A DNA stretch of 64,000 nucleotides from Lama glama. Its lineage: Eukaryota. The notes below the pieces were generated by a model that was not told the DNA's origin, did not search any database, and was given only the letters and a program-made list of their open reading frames with translations. Shown here piece by piece: positions 27,023-37,989 of the stretch. How positions within the stretch are numbered: position 1 is the first letter of the stretch; every line of letters begins with the position of its first letter. The DNA lies in the NCBI GenBank assembly GCA_028534125.1, contig CM052817.1, positions 36,892,001-36,956,000 on the forward strand, read 5' to 3'. A program made the position numbers and the translations under genes.

Positions 27023-28507
27023 TCTACATACAACCCAGATTCTAAGTATACATGGTTTAAAATTTTATTTTGAGAATACTTATTTTAATTATGTGTTCTA
27101 TGTTAACATTTAAGAAGTTTACATTATGTATTCATTTGCTTGAAAAGATATTTTATGATATGCTATCTTCCTTTATGCATAGCTCTAGCTATGATATGCA
27201 GTGATGAAGACCAAGAGATTGATGTGTATTATATGAATCATGCTATACTCCCAGCTCTACAGCTCAGCCCTGACTTGGCTTTTCCCAGAATGCAGTAGTT
27301 CCTCAGAACAGAGTCCAGCGAGATCTTATGATTGTCAGTGTTATTCCCTTATTTAATTGAATAGATTCCAGCAGCTGAGTCATGGACTCCTTTGAGAATC
27401 TGATGAAAATCATTCCTCTACCCAAAATATATCAATAATTTAGCAAATAATTTTAGGGGGGTTAGAGACACCTTCCCCCATGAAGCCCAGTTTTTGTGCC
27501 TTGATTATGCACATGTCTTCCACAGAAGCCTGGGAAAGGATAGATAAAATCACTAACCCCTCTCTCTGGGACCCACCAGTGGAATCCCTGGAGCTCTGGC
27601 CCAAGGTGAACACTTATCACAGGACCTGGAGCATAGTGATGCTCAATAATGTTAGTTCCCTTGTATGTCAAGGTTCCTCTGCTCCCTGTAGGAATTCCTT
27701 GGCGGTCCATGCACTGCTCCTTGGTATTAGGGTTACTCCTCCCGTCTTCACCAACATGGATCACAGCCAGACTCATGGAGGCTGACGTGGTCATTCCCTT
27801 GACATTGCCACGCCTCCTTTTGGCACGGTCATGGACCTTCTCCCTGTCAGTGAGATATTTTTCAATCTTTTTGCTCACCCAGCATCTGAACCTCCTTCTT
27901 ACATATGATACATATGTTACCTCTTTATATTTTTGAGTGAGAGACGAAATTCACCTTTCAGAAACTGAAAATGCGAGATGCTTGCTTTCTAGGGCCCCCT
28001 GTAACTAGTGCCCAGGCACTTAGTATAGGTTCCGACAGCTTTATGCATCCACCATGAACTTTGAATTGAGAACTCGTGATACAATGAAGCAGGGCCCATG
28101 AAGAATGGTCGCCGGCAGCAGGGACAGCTGGGGTCAGCAGTACCAGTGTTATTGCAGTACCAATGTTACTGGCAGTGTCTAGAGTCATTACCAGTGGGAT
28201 TAGCAGTACAAGCCACAGCGTCTAGTGCTTTGTGGTAGAATCAGTGGCTTCCAGGCTGAATGAGTTCTGCTGCACATTAAGCCATGTTTACTAATGACTT
28301 CAGTATAAGCTTCCTTTTCGGACATCAGTATTGCTAGCTTCTTCAGTGTCACTGTGGTATTTCTTTTTACAAAATCTTCAGTAGTAATCTTCACTGTGAT
28401 ATATATCTCATGGGAAACTTTGCGGGAAGTAAGAATGAATTTCTCCGCTAAAAGGGGTCCTTTCAAAATAACAGGTCTAGGAAAACAAGCCATTAGAAAA
28501 TGACTGA

Positions 28508-28802
28508 TTACCAGAGGGGAAAGAAAGGGGGAGGGATAAATTGGGAGTTCAGGATTTGTAGATACTAACTACTATATATAAAATAGATAAATAACAAGGT
28601 CTTATTGTACAGCACAGGGGACTGTATTCAATATTTTATAATAACCTACAATGGAAAAGAATACACATGTATAACTGAATGACCGTGCTCTACCCCAGAA
28701 ACTAACACAACATTGTAAATCCACTATACTTTAAAAAACATTTTTTAAAGTACATACTATGTTAGAAGGTGACAAATTCTGCACCAAAAAAACAGAAAAG
28801 AA
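28508..28802 (+). mobile_element. 5'-truncated cetartiodactyl-type L1 3' end with a 13-bp TSD and an extra 3' segment
   Basis: gggagggataaattgggagttcaggatttgtagatac...aactaacacaacattgtaaatccactatact. TSD AGAAAATGACTGA at 28495-28507 and 28803-28815. Confidence 0.88.
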
Positions 28803-29319
28803 AGAAAATGACTGAGAGGCTCTTGGGTTCTTTATATGCCGGGGACAACTACAGAATATAGCATTTCCTTTGCTTATATTTCAAACAGATAAGGCCATAC
28901 TCACATATTCATGAATATTACTCCAATGCTTAAAATTTTCATTGGCTCATCATTGAACTGAAATGGAATCCAGGCTTTTGGATTTTAAATTGGAACAATT
29001 AGCATAGCTTGTCTGTGCTCCATTTGCTCTTCTTTATTTTTCATGTGTTTTTAAAGAGGTAGAGTTTGTAACGTCTGTCTTAAAGATGTTTGTGTTATCT
29101 CATCTATAATACATGAGAACCTGATGCCAGGAAGGTACATCATAAAAATGAAGTCTGTTCTCCTTAACCTGGTGCTCAGAGGCCTTCACCTTAGATCCCA
29201 ACCCACTTTTCCAGTCTCTTGTCTTATCACTTCCCTTCCCTCTTCCTCTCTTCCAAATGCTTTGGTGAGACTGGGTTTTTAATATCATAGCTTAACATGC
29301 TATAAATAGCTCTCTATAT

Positions 29320-29625
29320 TTACTTCTCTGTTCCCTCTGCCTGGAATGTGCTTGTCTCCTTTTTTTCTTATTCACTCTCCAAGGTCCACCCACGTTGACC
29401 CAGTACACCTCCACTCCCTAAACAGATGAATTGCTCCCCCCATGTGTACCCACAGAACTTTAATTAGAGCCCTAGCACTGCTCTAGGCATCAGCACAGTG
29501 GATACATCTTTGATTCTGCAATAGATGATGAGCTTCTTAAGGGTAGAAATCACATCTTATTCATCCTTGTATATCCCAGATGTCTGGATCATAAGATGTG
29601 CTCCATAAATGTCTGAATGAGTCAA
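29320..29625 (+). mobile_element. L2 3' end
   Basis: tgttccctctgcctggaatg...tgagcttcttaagggtagaaatcacatcttattcatccttgtatatcc...cataaatgtctgaatgag. Confidence 0.7.
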
Positions 29626-30729
29626 TGGGGAAATGCTATGAGTTAGAAACCACCGATTTGTATTTGTTTGGGAGTCACAGAACCAGGAGGAGTAAAGTAC
29701 GATTGTCATTAAGGAGCTAAATTTTAAGGTCTACATAGATATGCAAAATCATCTGCAGGAGACAGAATGGCTCCCAGACCAGCAGGACTCCACGAAAACC
29801 AGTTTGACTGTACTATTCTATATAAAGAAAGTATGAGCCATTCAAAGAAGAGTGGACTCACTCCAATAAGCTTAGATAAATAAGGGTCACTGAGGCAAGA
29901 CTTGATTATGGCCCTTTTGAGCATTTTCCAGGAATGAGAGTCTGAGCATAGACAGTTCTCCTCAGAAAAAGCTGGGGGTTGGTGGGATCCTGTCAGTTCA
30001 TAAAGCTGGATAATTAATCCAAAGAGCCAGAAGACCCAAATGTAGGTATGCAGATGGGCTACGTCAGAATCTCCCGGGATCATTTTGAAAATACAAAACT
30101 TGGGGTTTTATTCCTTATCTACTGAATTAAAATCTCCAGAGGAAGGAATAGAAAACCATATATATTTTATCTCCCCTAGTGACCACAGCTTTGACCTTGT
30201 GAGGGGCAGAGCTATGTGAAGGATGGGAAGGCTCAGACTGAAGAAAGTCTTAATTCTCTTAATGTATTTGTAGGGGAATTTTGGTGTGCTCTACTGGCAT
30301 TGTTGTGAAAGCATGTTTGAAAAGTGGAAGTGCTGAGGTAAAGTAGTTTCCTTCAAAGAAATAATATATAGGGAATGTGTATCCCTATAGTTCCCAGGGT
30401 TTACACAAATGACAGTCTGAGAGATCAGCAAGAGCTACTTGGCATAGCTTTATACAAAAGCTGAGTTTGCTTCCTTTGTATCCTTACCTATAACAGGTCT
30501 ATTTAGTGAAATGTCATCGTCAACAGGTAAAGTAATTGTATCAAAATGCTACCTGAGTTATAAACAAAATGAAAATTTCAGGAAACAGTTTAAGACAATC
30601 TTTTGTCTTAATGGGAGAAAGCTAGTAAATTATTATACCACGTTTAAAAGGAAGAGTTGTTTAATATAAGTATATCTTAATAATCAACATCACTGTAAAA
30701 ATAAGCACATACTTCTGGATGTTATTATG

Positions 30730-30735
30730 TTTATT
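30730..30735 (-). terminator. DMP1: Probable DMP1 polyadenylation signal (AATAAA), giving a 3' UTR of about 1 kb
   Basis: tttatt on + = AATAAA on -, about 1 kb past the stop codon, in an AT-rich UTR end. Confidence 0.65.
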
Positions 30736-31179
30736 ACAAAACAAATATTTTATGTTGAGGTAACATTTCAAAGAGTGTTTTGTAAAAATCATTTGAATTC
30801 TATACACACAATTTTGCTATGTGCAACACAGGTGAAGGACTCAGAATAGTTTTTGTAACATTGCACATAGGCTGATTTTAGAAAAAAATTAAGCTAAAAG
30901 TTGTTGATTTAAAGAGGAATTTCTTTTTTCCGTTCTCCCCCACCCACCCTCTGTATCCTCACCAGTGGTCAGGGAGGAGATGCTCATGGGAGTTCCACCA
31001 AATATATCGAAAAGGATAAATTAGTTGGAAAAAAAAAAGTTTTCCTTATCCAAAACAACTCCCAGTGTCATAATTTGAAAACACTTTCACACACTAAATA
31101 CTTATTCATATAGGATTTTCTATTGCTTATACCAAAAGTAAGTAGAACTATCCGGTCTTAAGTGGAGAAATGCTATGCA

Positions 31180-31470
31180 GTGCTCTTCTGCCAGTGTCTT
31201 TTCTGCTGTGAAGGCCTCTTTGATTCTCCAAGGCAAAGCTGGTCCCCTCTTCTGTGCTCCCATATGTTTTGTTCACGCCTCTGTGATAGCACTTACGGCA
31301 CTGGATTGTAATAATTCTTCTTTTCCTCATCTGTGTCCCTCTTTAACTTTATGTATCCCTCTGTAAGCTCCTCAGGAGCAAGAAACAAGTCTTAGATTTT
31401 ATATCCCCAGCACCTAGCACAGTGCCTGGTACATAATAGAACCTCAATCACTGTTTGTTAGGTTAACGAG
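31180..31470 (+). mobile_element. L2 3' end inside the DMP1 3' UTR (antisense to the mRNA)
   Basis: ctgtaagctcctcaggagcaag...tatccccagcacctagcacagtgcctggtacataatagaacctcaat. Confidence 0.8.
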
Positions 31471-31722
31471 TTTGGAACGACTGTGAAGCTGTGACGCTAC
31501 AATGCACATCTTTCCTTGCTTCTAGTCTCATTGAGTGTCATCTAGTGTCACTCCCCATTATGCAAACCTCTGTGGTTTGGCACCCTAGAAACAAGTATAG
31601 TGTTCAACATTTCCTCTGGTTATTCTTCTGATGAAAACATCAACAAATTACAGTTATAATGATTTCCCTCGTCTCCAATCCCTAGGACTTCAGCAGGTGA
31701 GAACCACTCAGGAAAGCCGATG

Positions 31723-33099
31723 CTAATAACCGTCTTGGCAGTCGTTGTCATCTTGATCCCCGATGGGTTTGTTGTGATAAGCATCCACTGTTAGTTTTCT
31801 GCCGTCTATCTCAGTGGTTTTTGACTGGCCGTCTTCCTCACTGCTTGACACGCTCTCAGGAGAATTGCTCTCTTCTTGGGATATGCTGCTGTCCTGAGAA
31901 TCACTGCCATCGTCCTCCTCAGATGGGCTGTCCTGCTCGGACTGGCTCTCCTGGCTCTTGGTCTCTGCTGAGGCACTGTCAGACTGGAGGCCCTCCTGGC
32001 TAGAGCTGTTCTCCTCTTCCGTGGTCTCCGAGCTTTCCTCGGAGTTGAGGCTCTCATTGGATTCGCTGTCAGCTTGCTCCTCTCTGGATTTGCTTTCTGA
32101 ATTGGAGGGTTTATCCAAGCTGTTCTCCTCACTGGAGTCACTCTCTTCCTGATTCTCTTCTGAGGGACTGGTGATGTTATCAGGATTGTCCCCCCTGGGC
32201 TCACCTGCTACCTCTTCCTGAGATTCACTACTGCTTTCTTGAGAAGGCAAGTCAACCTCTTCACTAGACTCACTGCTGGGATCTTGGACATTCTGACTGT
32301 CTTCCGGGGACCGATTCTCCTCGCTCTCCTGTTTGTCACTCTTGCTGTGTTCCCTGGTTTGGCTGAGGCCAGCTTCTTTGGAGTCGGGGTTTTCTGTGGA
32401 GTCACTCTGGACTTCTTCCATAGTGTAGTTATCATCCAGGTCACCTCTGCCACCTTCCTCAGAAATGCGAGACTTTCTGAAAAATTTCCTACTGGGAGAC
32501 TCCCGGGATTGGCTGTCATGGGAGTCCTGCGTGTTTGCTTGCTCCTCATCATTCTCTTTCAATTCTTTGGATTTGACACTGGCACTGCTTATTCTGGAGC
32601 CACTCCTCTCACTCCTGAAGGTGCCTGGGTCTTCGCTCTGCATTCCTTCATCGTCAAACTCAGAGCCATCCCCATGGCTACTCTCCCCTTCACTGCCACC
32701 TCCCACCCAGTGCTCCTCACTCTCGCTCTCTGGTGTGGAGTCACCTCCCTCAGGCCTGCTGTTCACCTCGCCTTCATCGTCGAGGTCCCTGCTCTCGCTG
32801 GTGGTATCTTGGGCACTGTCTTCCCCTTGTGGGGCACTATCTTCCCTGGATTGTGTGGTGTCAGCTGAGTCTTCATCACTTCCAAGTCTGGAGTCCCCGC
32901 CTTGTCTCTCTGCAGGGCCTGGGCCACTGTCATCATCACCAAAGGTGTCATCTCCACTCTCATCTTCATCATCATCTTTACCATCTCCTTCTTTTCCTCC
33001 ACTACTAGAGAAGCCACCAGCTGGTCTATGAATGTACTGATGATCATCAAGGCTCAGGCCTTCCTCTGATTCTGTGCTGTCACTGGGGTCTTCATTTGC
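31723..33099 (-). CDS. DMP1: Dentin matrix acidic phosphoprotein 1, last coding exon (exon 6), 458 aa + TAG
   Basis: Acceptor ...ccaaactccAG|GCAAATGAAGAC. Translation ANEDPSDSTESEEG...RKLTVDAYHNKPIGDQDDNDCQDGY* matches the hallmark DMP1 C-terminus. Ser/Asp/Glu-rich, with the ESGDDTFGDD glycosaminoglycan-site motif (SG at 32953-32958) and RGD at 32188-32196. The first 20 aa of track ORF 31723..33159 are intronic. Confidence 0.98.
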   Translation of the reverse strand, partial: ANEDPSDSTESEEGLSLDDHQYIHRPAGGFSSSGGKEGDGKDDDEDESGDDTFGDDDSGPGPAERQGGDSRLGSDEDSADTTQSREDSAPQGEDSAQDTTSESRDLDDEGEVNSRPEGGDSTPESESEEHWVGGGSEGESSHGDGSEFDDEGMQSEDPGTFRSERSGSRISSASVKSKELKENDEEQANTQDSHDSQSRESPSRKFFRKSRISEEGGRGDLDDNYTMEEVQSDSTENPDSKEAGLSQTREHSKSDKQESEENRSPEDSQNVQDPSSESSEEVDLPSQESSSESQEEVAGEPRGDNPDNITSPSEENQEESDSSEENSLDKPSNSESKSREEQADSESNESLNSEESSETTEEENSSSQEGLQSDSASAETKSQESQSEQDSPSEEDDGSDSQDSSISQEESNSPESVSSSEEDGQSKTTEIDGRKLTVDAYHNKPIGDQDDNDCQDGY

Positions 33100-34717
33100 C
33101 TGGAGTTTGGGGTTAACAGACATGGTCAGTACTCCAGGAGTTGATGCAGAGGGTGTCATCTAATGTCATCTAGGCTTTTTTTGCTTTCTTCTTCCTATGT
33201 CCTTCATCTACATCATGGTCAATTTTATGGCTCAATAATATCTCAACCAGATGTTTAAAAAGGATGGAAGAGAAGTGGAAAGTCAGGTCATTCTATTTTA
33301 TATAATTCATTCAATCCGTAAAATTGTTCTCAAAAAAGCTTTATAGAAATCACATTTTTTTGAAACTCAAGTCACATTGTAAATATGATTCCTTAAAGGA
33401 AACTTTCAGAGAATGTTTTGTAAATTAAAGAGCTTGTTTATAATGGTCACTCATCAAATTGTTTGGTTTGAGACAGAAGTTTTAAAAAATATTGGGTGAT
33501 TTTTAAGTGACTCAAAATTTTTTTTTCTAATAAACTCTGGAGGAAAAAAATGTATTTGGGTAGAAGGATGAAACTTTTAGCTAAAACGAAAGTATAACAC
33601 ATATACTCATACAAAGGTACATATACTCAGATATGTATCTCAACCAAACCATGAAGGTATAACCCTGTAGTAAGGTGTATACCTCATTCGCGCAGGCAGG
33701 GTTGCCTGTAAAAGGTTTGGCTGAAAGACTGCCACTAGTGTGACCACCAAGGCAACTTAGTTCCGAGTGTGAGCTCAGAGAGGTGATCCCTGCAAATAAA
33801 ACAATTGGATGCTCTACTCAGATAAGGAAGGATAGTGAGCCTTCATTCATTATGCTCTGGAAATACCTCTTCCATACCCTGTGACAGAACATTCTCACCA
33901 ACCTTATTTTTCTTTTCCCACATGTTCTTACTCATCAATGTGTGAGTTTCCAGTCGGGAGAACAGGGTGATGACACCTTTTTCCATTGCTAGAGTGTATG
34001 CTGATACACTGGAGCTGAGTATCTATTTAGCTTTCTACATCTCCATAGGCAGGTATCATACCCTTCAGTTGAGAGCTTAGAGAGCAATCACAATGTCTCC
34101 AGAAAAGAACATTTCCCCAGTCCTATGCTAATAAATTTATAAAATGTTCCTCTGACAAATCTTTAGTCAATAGTGGTAAAGAGTTTAATAATTCATCTTC
34201 CAACTCTGAGTAAGTATAAAATGAAATGTGGGTCAAAATTGCAGGGGAGAAACCTCATTCCTAGAATGTCTGGAGCCCCACAGGGTTGAGTTTGATCAAA
34301 ATGATAGGACAGCTAGGAAAGCAATGATGTTTAGTCTCAGAAAAATGAAAAGAAGAAGGAGAAGAAGGAAGAGGAGGAGGAGAAGGGGGAGGGGTGGGGA
34401 GGGGAGAATGGAGAGAAAAAGATAAAAGGAAGAAAGTAAGTTTTTTTCACTAAAGGAACATAAGCCAAGTCAGCTTTTCCTGCTCGCAGGCCACAGATGT
34501 GACTACTTTAAAGTCATTACTAAGACCGCTGTCTCATTAAAGGCTCCTCAGGGCTCTCCTCCAACAGGATCCTGGGCATGGAGAAGGTCTCCAGGCCCAG
34601 CAGGTATTTCGCATTAACCAGAACACTTTTTTCTGCCTGATCTGAGCTGCTCCAGTTGTAAAAGCAACATCTGAGATGTATGAGTGAGCTATTACTTGTC
34701 TAACAGATGCTATGACC

Positions 34718-34745
34718 GTGTGTGTGTGTGTGTGTGTGTGTGTGT
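34718..34745. repeat. (TG)n microsatellite, DMP1 intron 5
   Basis: Direct observation. Confidence 0.95.
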
Positions 34746-34998
34746 TCCTTTTAACCAGAGGGACATTTAGAGCCACAATGTCTATAATCTGGCCCCAGTG
34801 ATAAATACGGAATGAATAGCACGTCCACATCTGAATTCTCCCACTCATTTTCCTTTCTTATTTTATGGAACTATTTAACCAGCATAACCAAAGTTTAGAA
34901 AATACTATATTTAGAACAGTTGCCAGGTAATTTAATCTAACATCATTTCCTTCAATTCCTAAGGAGCCTGGAAAGTTAAGAAAGGTCGGTTTAATTAC

Positions 34999-35046
34999 CT
35001 GTTCCTCTGAGCTAACTTTACTTTCTTCTGATGACTCACTGCTCTC
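34999..35046 (-). CDS. DMP1: DMP1 exon 5 (48 nt, ESSESSEESKVSSEEQ)
   Basis: Long polypyrimidine tract + ttAG acceptor and CAG|GTAATT donor, phase 0. Ends in the SSEE motif typical of SIBLING small exons and matches recalled human ESSESSEGSKVSSEEQ. Confidence 0.95.
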
Positions 35047-35230
35047 CTAAAAAGAAAAAAAAAATGTTGTTTATTTTTCATGTTAGTTAATTCCTGAAGA
35101 AAAAAAAATATGACACACTTCAATCACTCGTGGTTTGGATTTACTACTTTCCAAATGGCCTAAGATGATGAGAAGAATGTTAAAATTACTCCATGAGATG
35201 TTTATGACAAAAAATAAATGAGATAGTTAC

Positions 35231-35263
35231 CAAAGGTGGTGTTGGTGTCTGAGCCAAATGATC
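35231..35263 (-). CDS. DMP1: DMP1 exon 4 (33 nt, DHLAQTPTPPL)
   Basis: ttttacAG acceptor and TTG|GTAACT donor, phase 0. Proline-rich exon matching recalled human GHLAQAPTPPL. Confidence 0.95.
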
Positions 35264-35679
35264 CTGTAAAAAAGGAAGGGAAACAAGTTACTCCTTCATA
35301 GGTGGATTATGTCATTGCAAATATTTAGAATAATTTGGGGATTTTTTAAATTTATTGATATGTATTTTACATTTACATGAGTAATAATGATATTTTATAA
35401 CAAAACGGCTAAAACATGAATATTAGATGACCAGTGGCCTGAAAAGATCTTGCAATATAAAAAAACTGGAAGATTTTTGTATTTCCGATACTTAGAGAAA
35501 AATACACTTTCTTTGAAGAAAGATATACAACCTAGAGGAAATGTAAGATAGGAAAAACATTGGAAATTACAAATCCATATTTAAGTCTCAATTAGCTCCT
35601 TGGCTTGGATTTTAGCCCTGAAAGCTGTCTTGATGTTAGCATTAAAATTCCTGTGTTTCTGGAAACCTCTAAGTCTCAG

Positions 35680-35860
35680 GTAAACTGTGATGGTTGGCCA
35701 CTTGATGTGAATTTGAACAATTCACTTCCCCCACCTGATATCAGTTTCTTATTCATAAAAAGAATATTACCAACCATTGTGCTTATCCCACATGGTTGCT
35801 GTGAGGATGAAATTGGCTAATACTTATGGAAGCATCTCAAGGACTATTCAATACGATATA
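35680..35860 (+). mobile_element. MIR SINE
   Basis: tcagtttcttattcataaaa...catggttgctgtgaggatgaaatt core. Confidence 0.6.
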
Positions 35861-36682
35861 AGCTAAAGCAATGATCCATTTTGAGAATATCCACTTTATA
35901 AAATCCAATAGTAGACAAAACTGAATTGAAAAAGCCATTAAACCTTTCTCGAGTCACATAAGCTCACCAAAATAACAAATGCTAGATCTGAAACTTAATT
36001 AGCCATAGTTCTGATTTATTTTACATTCTTTAATCTTATAAAAACTCTAAGAATGCCTGAGCCACCTCTAGCACCCTCTCCCCATCTGCCTGCTCCCTTC
36101 CCCTTGAGCATGACAAAATCCCCAACTCCCAGGTGACTCAAAGCCACTGAGCAATGGGTGTGAAGGCCCACGGTAAAAGTAGAGCAGAGAGGAGCTGCTG
36201 TCAGCATGTCTTCCACGAGCTGCTCAGCAATGCTGGGCTGAGAATATCTCCTCAGAGGAAGGAGCTGGAATCACTGGAAGTCTTTGCCTGTGACATGGCA
36301 GCAGGCACAATGACAGGCACTACTCCAGTCAGTTATCATTTGGAATTCAGGGGTAGAAGGGAGCAAGACATTGGTATTTTTCTCATGCCAAGGATAGACT
36401 TGAGAAAGCACGTTTGTGGTCCTCAGGCTGAATGAGAGAGAGGATCCATGGTGGCTGCTTTTAAATCAAGCAGCCTAAGGACACTCTTGATGCAAGTGCA
36501 TGTAAGAAATCCTGCAATGCCTAGTCCAGCCTCAGGCGGGGGCAGGACCCCATCTCAGGCCTCTGACATCTGGTCACCACTAGTAGAATTGTGCCCAAGC
36601 TATATCATATGAAAAGCCAACAGGAAACAAGGTAATGAAAAAACACTCCGATTCAGGTTAGGACTCTTAACACTTACTTGTA

Positions 36683-36998
36683 CAGTCAGCCCTTCGTATC
36701 TGGGTTCCACATCCACGGAGTCAACTAACCTCAGATCAAAAATATTTAAAAAAACAAAAAACCTCCAGAAGGTTCAAATAATAAAACCTGAATTTGCTGC
36801 ACTCTGGCAACTATTTACATTGCATTTACATGTATTAGGTATTGTAAATAATCTAGAGATGATTTAAAGTATACATGAAGATGTACACAGGTTACATGCA
36901 CATACTATGCCATTTTCATATAAGGGACTTGAGCATCCATGGATTTTGGTACCCATGAGGGTCCTGGAACTAATCTCCTGTAGACAGAGTGATGACTA
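36683..36998. mobile_element. TcMar-Tigger MITE (Tigger3a-like)
   Basis: TA|cagtcagcccttcgtatctgggttccacatccacggagtcaac...gggtcctggaactaatctcctgtagacagagtgatgacta|TA, with degenerate terminal inverted repeats and TA flanks. Confidence 0.8.
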
Positions 36999-37059
36999 TA
37001 GTTCCAGTCTTGAGAACCTACTGACCTCCTAGACCTGGCCCCTTCCTAAGAGGGATATA

Positions 37060-37460
37060 ACATCCTGGTAAAGAATATGAACTCTGGAGCCAGAGTGAAC
37101 TGGGCTCAAAGTCTGGCTCTAACACTAATTAACCATATAACCTAGACAGGCTAGGTTACTCTCTGTGTCTCAGAGTTCTCATTTGTAAAATGGGAATAAA
37201 ATACAACACCTAAGAGGGTAGGGTATAACCCAGTGGTAGAGTGCATGCTTAGCATGCATGAGGTCCTGGGATCAATCCCCAGTACACCATTAAAAATATA
37301 AATAAATAAACATGAATATAATTGCCTCCCCTGCCAAATAAATAAATAAAACACCTATTTCCCTGGGGTACTGTGAAGACTGAGAAAATTAATACATATA
37401 AAGCTCACAGAACTGTGCCTGGCAATGGCTCTAGAGTTATTGAGAGTTGATAACTATTAG
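37060..37460 (+). mobile_element. MIR SINE split by a younger SINE insertion
   Basis: actctggagccagagtgaactgggctcaaagtctggctct...ttctcatttgtaaaatgggaataa, resuming after 37357 with ...gtgaagactgagaaaattaatacatataaagctcacagaactgtgcctggca. Confidence 0.8.
37213..37349 (+). mobile_element. tRNA-Ala-derived SINE (vic-1-like, camelid)
   Basis: gggtataacccagtggtagagtgcatgcttagcatgcatgaggtcctgggatcaatccccagtac (A/B boxes) + AT-rich tail with a C-run. TSD core AACACCTA at 37205-37212 and 37350-37357. Confidence 0.88.
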
Positions 37461-37869
37461 GTTATTCAGAGTCAACACTCAGTAATAGTGTCCTCTCATT
37501 CTTCTTTCTTTTCTCACCTTCTGGAACTTGACCTCCTGCCTACCAGCCATCGGATAGAACAGATCTCTAGTCCTAATCCTTCAAGGGTGGTCTTGGTTCA
37601 CTGTCATCCATCCCTTGCACTACTGTACAGACCCATCATGAAAATAAAGCTAAAGGGAAAAATGCTTCCTTGCCAAATTACATTATTAAGTCGGAGTGGA
37701 AGCATTACATGTACTACATTTTCTTATAAGAACTAGAAATTATAGCCCTCACTACCAAATCTTAGGTTATGAATGTGTTCATTAGATCTTTAGTAGTTTC
37801 AACATTTGCAGTGAATTTGCAATGAATATTAAAATTAAAATATTACAAAAATTCTAATTTCTAACTCAC

Positions 37870-37917
37870 CTCCCATTCTTCAGAGTTCTTGGATTCAGTA
37901 TTTTGATGCTTGGCAAC
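37870..37917 (-). CDS. DMP1: DMP1 exon 3 (48 nt, VAKHQNTESKNSEEWE)
   Basis: ttttctAG acceptor and GAG|GTGAGT donor, phase 0. Matches recalled human VTRYQNNESEDSEEWK. Confidence 0.95.
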
Positions 37918-37989
37918 CTAGAAAATTGAGTACACGTGGTCAGTCCATAAAAACCTCCAAGGCAGCAACTATTAACACTTCACATACTT

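Noticed and set aside
27462..27936. 138-aa and overlapping ORFs suggesting a processed pseudogene
   Set aside because: No recognisable protein. The region includes a MIR tail (about 27606-27660) and borders a hAT-like fragment, with no poly(A)/TSD structure.
1..30000. Search for IBSP exons or an additional SCPP gene downstream of DMP1
   Set aside because: I found no signal-peptide exon with a phase-0 donor and no acidic or Pro/Gln-rich exon. The region is mostly repeats. Very small exons could be missed by eye.
31806..33050. Multiple long overlapping ORFs on both strands over DMP1 exon 6 (e.g. 32239..32868 +, 32465..33031 +)
   Set aside because: Shadow frames caused by Ser/Asp/Glu codon bias (Leu/Ser-rich antisense translations). 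No independent gene structure.
33100..33159. N-terminal 20 aa (MTPSASTPGVLTMSVNPKLQ) of the 478-aa ORF as an alternative DMP1 start
   Set aside because: Intron 5 sequence upstream of a canonical AG acceptor. The true N-terminus comes from exons 2-5, and there is no promoter evidence here.
34340..34440. Arg-rich ORF end (KRRRRRRKRRRRRGRGG) resembling a protamine or NLS
   Set aside because: Translation of a low-complexity purine tract in DMP1 intron 5.
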